A stretch of 37,490 nt of DNA from a virus, in IMG/VR virus record IMGVR_UViG_3300045988_166160. One strand, 5' to 3'. The stretch's first letter is position 1; each line of letters begins with the position of its first letter. Made by a program: the position numbers and the translations under genes. The notes beneath the pieces were generated by a model. That model had not been told where the DNA came from. It made no database searches and worked only from the letters and a program-made list of their open reading frames with translations. Shown here in pieces: positions 10,001 through 17,537 of the stretch.

Positions 10001-10071
10001 GTAATTTTACATTCAAATTCTCTGGAAGGCTTATTAATTTCTAACTTATAATTTGCTGTTGTATTTTGCAT
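3994..10071 (-). CDS. Giant modular tail fibre / tail-associated receptor-binding protein (2025 aa)
   Basis: Lies after the tape measure. The N-terminus resembles siphovirus tail-tip (Tal-like) proteins, followed by a long Ile/Asn-rich coiled-coil segment. Three jelly-roll/CBM-like modules alternate with four copies of a ~45-aa linker (DVYTKSE.YTKS.TDSAI.VAKD.INLGV...YETK.NVE.K). Acidic C-terminal tail. Confidence 0.85.
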   Translation of the reverse strand: MQNTTANYKLEINKPSREFECKITIGNNIYNNDELVNLTLEHTQPQEGFSIGDTISQSLDLTLLNRGDIIYSTSQIKVEIGLKIGSTIEYILMGIFNIDDIEKTDYTTKFTAYDNMIKFETPYFSSLGDKPTLKQVVNELSKITGIEFIGNLPNYTVSKLEGFTCREVLSYVASICGGNAVITRDGKFTIKSLSEIKKSIDGNNYFDYKREEVKYKIGKISCQIDENNILYKGSTGTDSMELGFENPWVTETILNDLYNKLNGLSYLGYSMKWQGDLSLDPYDIVTVTDIKNVIRKIPILSQKISYTGGLTSEIGAKGESKNKNNFSSSGSTTNKVNRAVIEQAIIKEALIEKANIKDVEAVSIRTQILEAKTAKIEEAIIDVAHISDLNAINANIQNLIANDVKINNALINKADITELNAVVGNINIINSELANIKTLVNGNLSSENIQAGGITSDKLTIANGFITNAMIANLDVSKINAGNISTNKFRIVSDNGGIEIVGATQQFKDKNNKVRIQMGQDAKGNFNFILRGEDGTTTLIYHTGIKEKAIADNLIKGNMVATDAIGEKQINYSSLITGLNKDTNTKLIKASKVAIDFVGQSLEVAFNSLKNQADNAKLLIENHSTTIGVMQGQINTAINNTQIVKDGKTILLKDDYNRTVSKVDSINSTIGTHTTKINELTGNITSVDTKVNSIQRDLEGTKSTVSSHTNLIDGLNSKVSTQGSSIEQLKNQITLKVNSTELTTMKNELIGKIDSIEIGGRNLFLKSNIDQYGLGNWIGNGGGIGNVEGTFIDGTKTIKVTGSSGIQYNSFIKLKRNTTYVYSMMMKSSGSMIVNSSNPLHMWLNTSETGGHHLEKVISASGKLEANKWTKVWVVFETPNTQDVYYMKPFVYGINTNTVYISKVQIEEGTKCTDWIPAPEDVDLAIDKKANIVDVYKKSETYTKSETDSAIKVAKDEINLGVSNKYETKTNVENKLSNVTTTLTNKIDGIQVGGTNIATETNKGVTGWEWGLQTGGKTITEVTENGIRCCKMVRDSVASTGWSFIKYSRIGRNKYLPNRKYTVSFEVKASVVTSFYVGLKEGNSSNPLTGDTKTGNTVANTWTKLSATITTLSTLPSSISQVLYLNGMNSGTGVTYIFRNLVITEGTKATSWSPATEDVQASIDLKAEKTDVYSKSEVYTKSQTDSAINVAKDSINLGVSQTYETKSNVETKISSANTTTLNSAKSYADTKKQEAISTASTDATNKVNSAKNELNTAISKKANSTDVYTKSETYTKAQTDSAIKVAKDEINLGVKNTYETKTNVENKISTAVNNVQVGGRNLFLKSDIYQYGLGNWIGNGGGIGKVEGTFIDGTKTIKVTGYSGIQYNSFIKLKRNTTYVYSMMMKSSGSMIVNSSNPLHMWLNTSETGGQHLEKVISASGNLEANKWTKVWVVFETPNTQDVYYMKPFVYGINTNTVYISKVQIEEGTKCTDWTPAPEDIDSVIDSKANKTDVYTKSEVYTKVQTDSAINVAKDSINLSVSGTYETKTNVESKINTAKANAINSAKSYTDGQITTVNKTITNKVSEIKATTDSISQKVSTTESKITTINNNISGLTNRVSTAESKLTATSLTTTISSAISGGTSSISTTQFVMDKNGLTIKNGGLTIQNKAGTTVLNSDTNGNLIFTGTAKSQSGARWVGLDSGGITFQDSQKNEQMLRIAISYFNENRDINGVNLSLAKYGDYIRISHIDKADLTTGWSSSNTQYNFMDFWSSDQIVDGVAYKKGINVYAPMYINKRLKLYSGTNFLSEIDGAISWNNGTGTINNLLGMYGDNGAVLGYKSGESFNARFLVSEASHPGTGDNLISWGNYNFNGWTFHNANIVAKSLSVNGSKNCLQETKNYGSRLINAYETAEYYFGDLGFGRINEDGECYLEIDDIFLECVNTNLAYHVFTQIYNGKITSIERYRTYFIVKGEPGTSFSWELKAKRKGYEINRLDLPDIETQGDEIDIFSFENEIETDEEDLMKELTFELENLLLKEHEEDE
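5632..6120. repeat. Intragenic near-identical repeat, copy A (partner 7309-7797)
   Basis: Manual alignment: ~489 nt with roughly a dozen mismatches. The offset is exactly 1677 nt (559 codons, in frame). Confidence 0.9.
7309..7797. repeat. Intragenic near-identical repeat, copy B (partner 5632-6120)
   Basis: Same as copy A. It encodes GGRNLFLKS...YISKVQIEEGTKCTDW with about 8 aa differences in ~160 aa. Confidence 0.9.
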
Positions 10072-10091
10072 TTTACCCTCCTTATTTTTTA

Positions 10092-10484
10092 TTAATCATT
10101 TATCATAAAATCTATTGTCATAAGTTCAGATGGAGAAATATTATAATCAGAATTTAATAAATCATCTAACTGGATCATGTGTATATCTATTTCATTTTCT
10201 ATAGATAACAACTCTTTTATATCTCTATTATAATCTTCAATGTGTTCTTCTTTTAAAGGTATAATACCATTTTCATTAACATTTAATTTTCCTTTTTCAT
10301 CTTTTTCCCCATATTTATTAATTAACTTAGCCTTTTCCTTATTGTAAGCTTCAAGCTCTACATTTATTTTATTAATATTCTTTGTAATTGCATAAGCTAC
10401 TTTAACTGGTAATTTAGCATTACTTAATCCTCCTAATGTATTAATTGTGTTTACTATTCTTTCATTGCTTAAAGTTAATTTCAT
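10092..10484 (-). CDS. Hypothetical tail-module protein
   Basis: ORF between the tape-measure-distal genes and the tail fibre. No motif recognised with confidence. Confidence 0.4.
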   Translation of the reverse strand: MKLTLSNERIVNTINTLGGLSNAKLPVKVAYAITKNINKINVELEAYNKEKAKLINKYGEKDEKGKLNVNENGIIPLKEEHIEDYNRDIKELLSIENEIDIHMIQLDDLLNSDYNISPSELMTIDFMIND

Positions 10485-10486
10485 AA

Positions 10487-10759
10487 TTATTTTCCTGCCT
10501 TTCTTATCTTTGTTGCTTCTTCTGTAGATTCAGACTTTAATAATTCATCTTCCAATTTATAAACTTGTTCCTCAAATGATGTGATATCAGCTCTAACCTC
10601 AACTTTATTAGAATTATACAATTCTTGATTGGTTATAGTTTTATTTACATTTGCACCTGCTCCACCATCGCTACTTATAGTTGCACTCATCCATGCAACT
10701 TGTACTCCATTAACTAAACTTGCCCCACTTAAAGTTATATTTTTATCTACTTTTAACAT
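10487..10759 (-). CDS. Hypothetical tail-module protein
   Basis: ORF tightly packed in the tail operon. Confidence 0.4.
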   Translation of the reverse strand: MLKVDKNITLSGASLVNGVQVAWMSATISSDGGAGANVNKTITNQELYNSNKVEVRADITSFEEQVYKLEDELLKSESTEEATKIRKAGK

Positions 10760-10774
10760 TATTAATCATCCTTT

Positions 10775-11125
10775 CTATTTCTCTATAAAATTCATTTTTA
10801 AGCCACTCCACTTAACTTGTTTAGTTTTTGTATCATAAACATATGCAGGAGCTGTTCTATCTCCTACATACATTGTTTTAGTTACTGTTCCTTGTTGAGG
10901 ATCTGGAAAAGTAACTGTAAAAAAAACACTACTTACTGCTATAAGTAATGTTGATATTTCTCTTTGTGTTAATGGTGACCATTCTAAAGTTATTTTTCTT
11001 TTGACTCCTATTCTATCTCTAATCAATTCACCATTTGCATTACGATTAGATTCACCATCTAGGTCGCTAATTGTAACTTCAAATGATTTAGGAGTAGCAA
11101 TTGCTACTCCATTAATACTAAGCAT
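10775..11125 (-). CDS. Small tail protein immediately after the tape measure (possible minimal distal-tail protein)
   Basis: Position only. At 116 aa it is shorter than typical Dit proteins. Confidence 0.35.
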   Translation of the reverse strand: MLSINGVAIATPKSFEVTISDLDGESNRNANGELIRDRIGVKRKITLEWSPLTQREISTLLIAVSSVFFTVTFPDPQQGTVTKTMYVGDRTAPAYVYDTKTKQVKWSGLKMNFIEK

Positions 11126-11136
11126 ATTACCACTCC

Positions 11137-13494
11137 TTATACTGGAATTAATGTAATTCCACCTTGTCTTTGCATTTTCTTTAATTGATTTAATGCAACC
11201 TTTCCTATAATTGAACCATCAATCTGCAATATTAAATCTCCAGTAGATGAATTATCGTTTCCTCCACCTCTTGGCATTCTATCTGCAACTTTTGAAGCTA
11301 AATCAGTTATCCATCCTGTGTTATTCTCCAAAGGCATTACAGCTTCTTTTCCTGCTTCTCCTACCATTGCTATAGTTGGAGCATCAACAATCCCTCCTTT
11401 AGCTAGTTTAGGAATTGTAGGAATATTAATTCCCTTCCCTCCAAGTCCTGGAATCCAGTCTGGAAGTTTTATTTTGTTCAAACCTTTAATCATTGTATTT
11501 ATTGCATCAATAATAGAGTTAATAGGTTTTTTTGCAATATTCGCTAATCCGTCAAATATACCTTTAAATATATTTTGCACTCCTTGCCAAGCCTTTTGCC
11601 AATTCCCAGTAAATACACCAACTATAAAATCAACCAATCCGCCAAACATTGTTTTTAAATTATCTAATATAGGTTTTATATAGTTACCTACATTCCTAAA
11701 TGCTTGTATAAATTCATTTCCTAACCAATTTACAACAGGTTTTAAACAAGTATTCCATATTCCAACAAGTATTTCCCCTATTTTCTCTATTGTAGGTTTC
11801 CATGCTTGCCATATTTCACTTAAACCATCAATAATCTTTTTAAGGCATTCTCCTAAAAACTGCACTACTGGTGCTATACAATTAGTCCATAAAGACATTG
11901 TTATCTTTACTATATTATCTACAACAGTGCACCAGGCATCCCATAATATAAAAAGTATAGGCTTAAGTATTGTAATTAAAAAATCTCCTACTAGTTTTAA
12001 TGCTCCCATAATAGATTGAAAATATGGTGTTAATGCACTTACTAAAGCATTCCATCCATCTATTAAAGATTGTCTAAAACTATCACTTGTTTGCCATAAA
12101 TATAAAAAAGCTGTTGTTATGGCTGCTACTGCACCTGCAATTAATGCTGCTGGCGTCGTTAATGCAAGCCCTGCTAATCCTAAAGCTGTTGGTATTAATT
12201 CAATCCATCCAATTACATTTGCTATTGCTCCAGTAATTGCACCCCAATTTCCCGCAATAAAAAAAGCTACTATACCTGAAATTAATCCGCCTATAATAGA
12301 TAATATAATTTCTTTATGTTTCTTTATAAAATTAGTAATATTTTTGAATACACTTCGTACCTTATCGGCAAAGGCTTCTACTTTTCCAGTTAAAGAATCC
12401 AATGAGCTTTCTTGCTGAGAAAAATCCCAGTTATCCATTCCGATATCACCTACCCCTGATACTCCTCCGGAACCACTGCCGCTATCACCATCCGAACCAG
12501 TTGAACTAATAGTGTTTATTTCATCAATTCCCATTAAACCTTTAATTTCTTTTGCCGCTTTCTTTGCTGCACTTCCAACTCCACTAGTTGAATTACTTAA
12601 GTTATCCATTGCAGTAGTTGCACTAGATACATCCGAAGTTACTGCTCCTATTCCTGAATTTTTATCACTTTTAACTCCAAATAACCGCTTCATAAATGCA
12701 CTAAATACATTGGCTAATTGAACCAATTTCCCCATAACTGTATTTATCACTTTAATTACTGGAGTTAATGCTGCAATAAATCCTTGCCCTAAGCTTGCTC
12801 TTAAGCTATCAAATTGTAATTTTAATATCCTTACTTGATTGGCCCATGAATCACTTGTCCTAGCAAAATCACCTTGCGCCAATGCTAATTGCTGTTGAAC
12901 AAATGCATATCTTAAAGCAACTTTTTCTTGTTCTGTCATAGCACTAGTTGTTTTACCATACCCATTGGCTAATGCATATTGATCTAATGCTGTTTGAGTC
13001 ATTACTATTCCTAAATCTTTTAATGTTTCGGTTTCCCCAGAAAATACAGATTTTAGTTTTGTATATGCTTCATCTTGTGTAATATTATAAAAAGAAGCTA
13101 CATCTCCAGCTAATCCAGTAAGTGTTGTTGACATTGCATAAGCTTCATTTTCTGCAAATCCAAAAGCTTTTGCCATTGCTCCAAATGTTCCAGTATACTT
13201 TTTAGCCATTGTTTCACTTAAACCAAATTGAAAAACTGCATTTTGAGCAAAATTATTTACTTGCTCATTCATTTTACTAAAAGTAACATCAACTACATTT
13301 TGTACTTCGGCTAAATCACTTCCTAAATCAAGACATGCAGATGTAAATTCAGTTATTTTTTTTATTGCAAATGCTCCAGCTAACACCTTACCAGCTTTAC
13401 TTGCTATATTAGTTATTCCTCTCATTTGCCTATCAAATTGATTTTGGTTGACAACCAAATCTAAACCAATTTGACCTACACTTTCTGCTGACAT
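11137..13494 (-). CDS. Tail tape measure protein
   Basis: 785 aa. N-terminal helical region, central Gly/Ser-rich stretch, long hydrophobic helical repeats (IIGGLISGIVAFFIAGNWGAITGAIANVIGW...). Lies after the G/T chaperones. Confidence 0.9.
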   Translation of the reverse strand: MSAESVGQIGLDLVVNQNQFDRQMRGITNIASKAGKVLAGAFAIKKITEFTSACLDLGSDLAEVQNVVDVTFSKMNEQVNNFAQNAVFQFGLSETMAKKYTGTFGAMAKAFGFAENEAYAMSTTLTGLAGDVASFYNITQDEAYTKLKSVFSGETETLKDLGIVMTQTALDQYALANGYGKTTSAMTEQEKVALRYAFVQQQLALAQGDFARTSDSWANQVRILKLQFDSLRASLGQGFIAALTPVIKVINTVMGKLVQLANVFSAFMKRLFGVKSDKNSGIGAVTSDVSSATTAMDNLSNSTSGVGSAAKKAAKEIKGLMGIDEINTISSTGSDGDSGSGSGGVSGVGDIGMDNWDFSQQESSLDSLTGKVEAFADKVRSVFKNITNFIKKHKEIILSIIGGLISGIVAFFIAGNWGAITGAIANVIGWIELIPTALGLAGLALTTPAALIAGAVAAITTAFLYLWQTSDSFRQSLIDGWNALVSALTPYFQSIMGALKLVGDFLITILKPILFILWDAWCTVVDNIVKITMSLWTNCIAPVVQFLGECLKKIIDGLSEIWQAWKPTIEKIGEILVGIWNTCLKPVVNWLGNEFIQAFRNVGNYIKPILDNLKTMFGGLVDFIVGVFTGNWQKAWQGVQNIFKGIFDGLANIAKKPINSIIDAINTMIKGLNKIKLPDWIPGLGGKGINIPTIPKLAKGGIVDAPTIAMVGEAGKEAVMPLENNTGWITDLASKVADRMPRGGGNDNSSTGDLILQIDGSIIGKVALNQLKKMQRQGGITLIPV

Positions 13495-13510
13495 ATCTCA
13501 CCTCCCTAAT

Positions 13511-13542
13511 GAAAAATAAAAACACCTAGAATAAACTAGGTG
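13511..13542 (-). terminator. Terminator-like hairpin with T-run immediately upstream of the tape-measure RBS
   Basis: Stem cacctag/ctaggtg (7 bp, 6-nt loop), followed on the minus strand by tttttattttt. Shares the 18-mer aaaaataaaaacacctag with 24068-24085. Confidence 0.5.
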
Positions 13543-13543
13543 C

Positions 13544-13801
13544 TTACTTACTGTTAGCCATTGAGATAAACATATTTTTAAATGCATTCATCGCATCGTC
13601 ATAACTTTCTTTATCAATATTTTTAGATTGTCTTCTTTTCCAATCACTTTGTATTCTTTTTTGCTCTTTAGTAAATCTTTTTATTACATCCTTATCCTTT
13701 TCTGCCCTAATAGAAATGATCTGTCCTAATGGTGTATCTGGCATAAGTCCACTAAGTAAAGTTGCAAATTCACTCCATGTCATATCCTGTTCATTTCTCA
13801 A
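13544..13801 (-). CDS. Tail assembly chaperone, gpT-like / Gp15-like C-terminal part
   Basis: MTWSEFATLLSGLMPDTPLGQIISIRAEKD resembles Gp15-type tail chaperones. The track start is a TTG with no good RBS. The same frame stays open upstream to 13909 and overlaps the end of ORF 13884-14198 in the +1 frame. Confidence 0.6.
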   Translation of the reverse strand: MRNEQDMTWSEFATLLSGLMPDTPLGQIISIRAEKDKDVIKRFTKEQKRIQSDWKRRQSKNIDKESYDDAMNAFKNMFISMANSK

Positions 13802-13883
13802 CCTTATTCCATATTGCTTTGCAAAACTTGCTTCTATTAAATCATAATCATCCAGTAGATCATACCAATATTCTTCTTTCTCT

Positions 13884-14198
13884 TTAGCTGGGTGTATTAA
13901 AGTTCTTTTCTACTTCATCATAAGTTTGACCTGATACTGCTGCCATTACTCCAATAAATAAAATCTTATAATCGCTAAATGGCATTTCCATAGATTCAAT
14001 TTCCTTAAAAGCTTTTTCTCCTAAAGTTAATCTAATTACATAATCCATAGATTCAACTTCATTTTCTCCACTTCTCATTTGCTGATCTATTAATAACATT
14101 GTATTTTTACTATTATTAACTTTATATTCCTTACCCTCTGCAATTTTTAAAATTGGCTTTTCATTACTTAATTTTTTTGAAATATCTATCATCCCCAT
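13884..14198 (-). CDS. Tail assembly chaperone, gpG-like
   Basis: Small acidic ORF between the major tail protein and the tape measure, in the conserved G/GT position. Confidence 0.6.
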   Translation of the reverse strand: MGMIDISKKLSNEKPILKIAEGKEYKVNNSKNTMLLIDQQMRSGENEVESMDYVIRLTLGEKAFKEIESMEMPFSDYKILFIGVMAAVSGQTYDEVEKNFNTPS

Positions 14199-14201
14199 TT
14201 T

Positions 14202-14654
14202 TTATTCCTCCTCACTAATCGTTGGTTTACCATTTGAAAGTACTTCAAACTCTAATGCTCCAACATTTGTTGAATCTCCAGAACCTACATTTGTAACATT
14301 AACTATACAGTCAAATGCTACTTTTGTTCCATCTGGGAATATCCATTCAAATTTACTTTCTAATTCTTGTGCATTTTTAAATAATAATCCTGCTACATAA
14401 TCATTTCCTGGATATCCCACACATCTTTTACCACTTAATGAAATAGAGAACCCTTTTCCTGTTGACATTCTTCTAGTCCATCCTTCTTGATCTAAAGCTG
14501 ACCATTCTTCAATATTATTGTCCATAGATAATGAGAATGTTTCTAAGTCTTTAATAGTTACCATATCTTCCGCTGAAGTACTAGCAGAACCCTTTTTGCC
14601 TATTTTAAATTTATTTTGGTGTACTGGATAAACACCACTTGTTACCGCAGCCAT
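14202..14654 (-). CDS. Major tail (tube) protein
   Basis: 150 aa, located upstream of the chaperones and tape measure. No sheath gene is present, which fits a siphovirus tail. Confidence 0.75.
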   Translation of the reverse strand: MAAVTSGVYPVHQNKFKIGKKGSASTSAEDMVTIKDLETFSLSMDNNIEEWSALDQEGWTRRMSTGKGFSISLSGKRCVGYPGNDYVAGLLFKNAQELESKFEWIFPDGTKVAFDCIVNVTNVGSGDSTNVGALEFEVLSNGKPTISEEE

Positions 14655-15061
14655 TATCTTTCATTCCTTTCATAATAAAATTCTAAATCTATAACTCTTT
14701 CATATACGTTCTTTTCATCTGTTCCTATATCAATAGACTCATTTGTTATTAACTTAATCATCTTGATTCTATGATTATTAATAACTACGCTATTTTGTTT
14801 TAATAACTCTTGATATAACTTATACGAAAACTCTTCTGTTTCCCTTGCATTTAAATTCCAATGTATAAGTATAGTAATTGCCTTTACTTCATAAGAAGAG
14901 TTTTCACGACCTCCTAGAGTTATTCTAGGAGATATAGTATTTTTACCTTGATATACTCCGATTGATTTATCATTCTTATTGTCAAGCTTTCCTATATAGT
15001 AATTATCAGCTTTATTATTAAGAGTTTTTAACCAATCTCTTATATCTGCTAACCCTAGCAT
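14654..15061 (-). CDS. Neck / tail-terminator-like protein
   Basis: Position in the head-tail joining block. Start overlaps the upstream stop. Confidence 0.45.
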   Translation of the reverse strand: MLGLADIRDWLKTLNNKADNYYIGKLDNKNDKSIGVYQGKNTISPRITLGGRENSSYEVKAITILIHWNLNARETEEFSYKLYQELLKQNSVVINNHRIKMIKLITNESIDIGTDEKNVYERVIDLEFYYERNER

Positions 15062-15543
15062 TAAACTCCTCCCAATCTTTTATAAAATTCTTTAAAAGTC
15101 TTTATACAAAAGTCTTTTTTCTTTCCATCAATCCAATCTTCATACCATTTACCTTTTGCATTTTTATTTTCACTAGTATTAAAATTGTATTCTGGATGGT
15201 AATAAAGCCTTCTTGCATAAGGAGTTGATGATACTAACGTACAAGTACCTTTTGAACTATTGCTATAATCAACAAAGGTGCTTTCATTTTGTAAAGTACC
15301 TCCTTGATAAATAACTCTAGTTTTTGTTTTACCTTTATACTCTCTTCCATTTTTAGCAAATTGCCCTCTAACTCCATATTCTTTATATGTTTCTTTCTTG
15401 GTTTCTCCAAATGGAATCACTTGTGCTTGGACGACTTCTGTGTGTAAAGCTTCAGCCGTCATTTCCAACGCTTGTATTTGTGCTTGTGTTAATTGTCTAA
15501 TTCTTTGTTGATTAATTGTTACAGTACTTGTTGCTCTTGCCAT
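15061..15543 (-). CDS. Neck / tail-completion protein (HK97 gp10-like position)
   Basis: Position in the head-tail joining block. Confidence 0.45.
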   Translation of the reverse strand: MARATSTVTINQQRIRQLTQAQIQALEMTAEALHTEVVQAQVIPFGETKKETYKEYGVRGQFAKNGREYKGKTKTRVIYQGGTLQNESTFVDYSNSSKGTCTLVSSTPYARRLYYHPEYNFNTSENKNAKGKWYEDWIDGKKKDFCIKTFKEFYKRLGGV

Positions 15544-15547
15544 ATTA

Positions 15548-15886
15548 TTAATTCAACTCCAACTTTGTATAATTTATTGTGTTATCTGGATTACGAGCTT
15601 TTTTGCCTTTGTATATACTTCTTTTAATACCAAGCACCTCAACTTCTCCAGATGATATAGAAGGAATACTAGGCGCAATATCTCCTGGTATTAATACAGT
15701 TCCTTCTATTCTCACAAGCTTCTGCTCTGCTGTTAAAACTGTTTTTGCTTCATCTTGATAATTACATTTAGTATCAATTTCAATAGCTTTTAAAGGCTCA
15801 CCATCTTCACTTATTCCTTCTTGAAAAATAGTAACTTTTATTGGAGTTTTACAAAACTTTTTAGGTACTAAACATGGATATTTCAT
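15548..15886 (-). CDS. Head closure / head-tail adaptor protein
   Basis: Position in the head-tail joining block. Confidence 0.45.
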   Translation of the reverse strand: MKYPCLVPKKFCKTPIKVTIFQEGISEDGEPLKAIEIDTKCNYQDEAKTVLTAEQKLVRIEGTVLIPGDIAPSIPSISSGEVEVLGIKRSIYKGKKARNPDNTINYTKLELN

Positions 15887-15888
15887 AA

Positions 15889-16272
15889 TTAAAACCTCCT
15901 AAAACTTAATGAACATAATCCTGTTTGTTTTAATGTTTCATGTAACTCTGTTGGTATTGCAACACCTTTTATTAATTGTACATTCCAACTACCACCAAAG
16001 TTCATTGATACTCCATTAATACTATAACTAGATAATACATTTTCAATAAGCTCTGCATTTTCATACTCAAACTCTGCTAATTCACAAGTTACTTCTTTGA
16101 TAATTTCCTTTTGAAAATCAGTTAATTTTTCAAACCCTAAACCCTTAATCCTATTAAAAGTTAATGTATCAATATGCCTACTTGCTTTTCTTAATGATTT
16201 ATCTATCTCATTATCATCTATCTCATTACCTTTAAAGATATCTGTATAATATGCTTTATCTACATATGACAT
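15889..16272 (-). CDS. Head-tail connector (gp6-like) protein
   Basis: Position after the capsid module and size ~127 aa. Confidence 0.45.
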   Translation of the reverse strand: MSYVDKAYYTDIFKGNEIDDNEIDKSLRKASRHIDTLTFNRIKGLGFEKLTDFQKEIIKEVTCELAEFEYENAELIENVLSSYSINGVSMNFGGSWNVQLIKGVAIPTELHETLKQTGLCSLSFRRF

Positions 16273-16290
16273 ACACTCACATCCTTATAT

Positions 16291-16315
16291 AAAAATAAGG
16301 GGATTATTTCCCCTT
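16291..16315 (-). terminator. Hairpin with T-run overlapping the stop of ORF 16304-16588 (attenuator after the capsid block)
   Basis: Stem aagggg/cccctt with a 7-nt loop, followed on the minus strand by atttttat. Confidence 0.45.
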
Positions 16316-16588
16316 ACCTTTTGTTTTAGATTCTTCTTTATCTTGAGTATCAATAGCAACTAATTTAGTTCTTAATTGATCATTCTCTTTTGTTAGCTCT
16401 GCTATTTTTTCTTCCAAAGATACTTTATCTTTCTTTAAAGCTATATATTTTTCATATGAAACAGTTTTACCAGCTCCATATTGAATTACTGTCCCATCAT
16501 CTTCTACTATGTCATAACCTTGTGCTTGATACATAGCTTTTTGTGTTTCATCTATTGTATAAACCTTATTTCCTTTTGTTGCCTTCAT
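16304..16588 (-). CDS. Small coiled-coil protein after the major capsid gene
   Basis: ORF with a C-terminal heptad region (LEEKIAELTKENDQLRTKL). Function unknown. Confidence 0.45.
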   Translation of the reverse strand: MKATKGNKVYTIDETQKAMYQAQGYDIVEDDGTVIQYGAGKTVSYEKYIALKKDKVSLEEKIAELTKENDQLRTKLVAIDTQDKEESKTKGKGK

Positions 16589-16600
16589 ATATTATTCCTC

Positions 16601-17506
16601 CTAATCTTCTGCTTCTGCATTAATAGCAATACCACAAGCTTTATTTTTAATTAAGAATGTATCACCATATTCTCTAGTTTGATATACATACTTATCTGCT
16701 GTTCTTGAATCTGTACCTGGAGTAAATAACTTCATATATGCATATTTACTTCTAGTTACTTGGCATGATGGATGAATAAGTATCATATATATTTGTTTTG
16801 CATCTGCCGCCGGGACACATCCATTAGTAAAATTATACTTAGTTTTCATTCTTCCAGATGGAACTTTTTCTATATTTACATCATCTAAAGAGTAAACACT
16901 TCTATCAATTTTCCCATTATTTGAATTAACATCAATATTTCTTGTTAATCCTTCTGCTCGTTTAAGCATCTTGTGAATTGATGGAATAACATAAAGTATT
17001 CTTCCTTCACTTGGAACTCCTGCATCATCCATTTTCTCCATTTGGTTATCAAACCACTCTAAAATATTAGCTGTAGTTAATGTTGTAGTATCTATTACTG
17101 CTCCATTTGCAGTGTAAGTCTTAGCTTCTGAATATAACTTAGAATATCTATAAGAATCTCTTTCTGGAATAGCTTGTTCTGTTTCAAAAACATTTTGAAC
17201 ATTTGCTACTTCTATAACCAAATTAGTTTGATCTATATCCATTGGATCTAAAGCGAATTCTATATCTCTATCATGTGCTAATTTCTTTGGTTCCCATTCA
17301 TTAGATATGCTTCCAGTATTAAATCCCATATTTGTTCTACTATGATCTTTATATCCACTAACTGTGATATTAGGTAATTTAATAGTTTGTGCATTAATAA
17401 ATTTAACTTGTGGATTAGATTGTTCTAATGCATAAGATGTTAGCTCCTTTGCATATTTTTGTTGTAATGCTTGTTCAAATTGTTCAGCATAATTGTATAC
17501 TGTCAT
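16601..17506 (-). CDS. Major capsid protein
   Basis: 301 aa, directly downstream of the scaffold gene, with a strong RBS. Confidence 0.8.
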   Translation of the reverse strand: MTVYNYAEQFEQALQQKYAKELTSYALEQSNPQVKFINAQTIKLPNITVSGYKDHSRTNMGFNTGSISNEWEPKKLAHDRDIEFALDPMDIDQTNLVIEVANVQNVFETEQAIPERDSYRYSKLYSEAKTYTANGAVIDTTTLTTANILEWFDNQMEKMDDAGVPSEGRILYVIPSIHKMLKRAEGLTRNIDVNSNNGKIDRSVYSLDDVNIEKVPSGRMKTKYNFTNGCVPAADAKQIYMILIHPSCQVTRSKYAYMKLFTPGTDSRTADKYVYQTREYGDTFLIKNKACGIAINAEAED

Positions 17507-17537
17507 ATTTCCATCTCCATTTCTTATTTTTAATTAA

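Noticed and set aside
11318-12721. Plus-strand ORFs 11318-11683, 12119-12418 and 12512-12721. The same applies to 4541-4783, 8446-8652, 10629-10838, 17428-17883, 19447-19686, 23284-23598, 23681-23965, 25210-25476, 29343-29567 and 31803-32018.
   Set aside because: All lie antisense within long, well-supported minus-strand genes. They have low-complexity Ile/Phe/Pro-rich translations, no RBS and no operon context. These are typical shadow ORFs of an AT-rich genome.
13884-13912. Canonical -1 programmed frameshift between the two tail chaperone ORFs
   Set aside because: Hand translation shows the -1 frame terminates (taa) within a few codons of the overlap. Only the +1 frame is open, so the standard -1 model does not fit this sequence.
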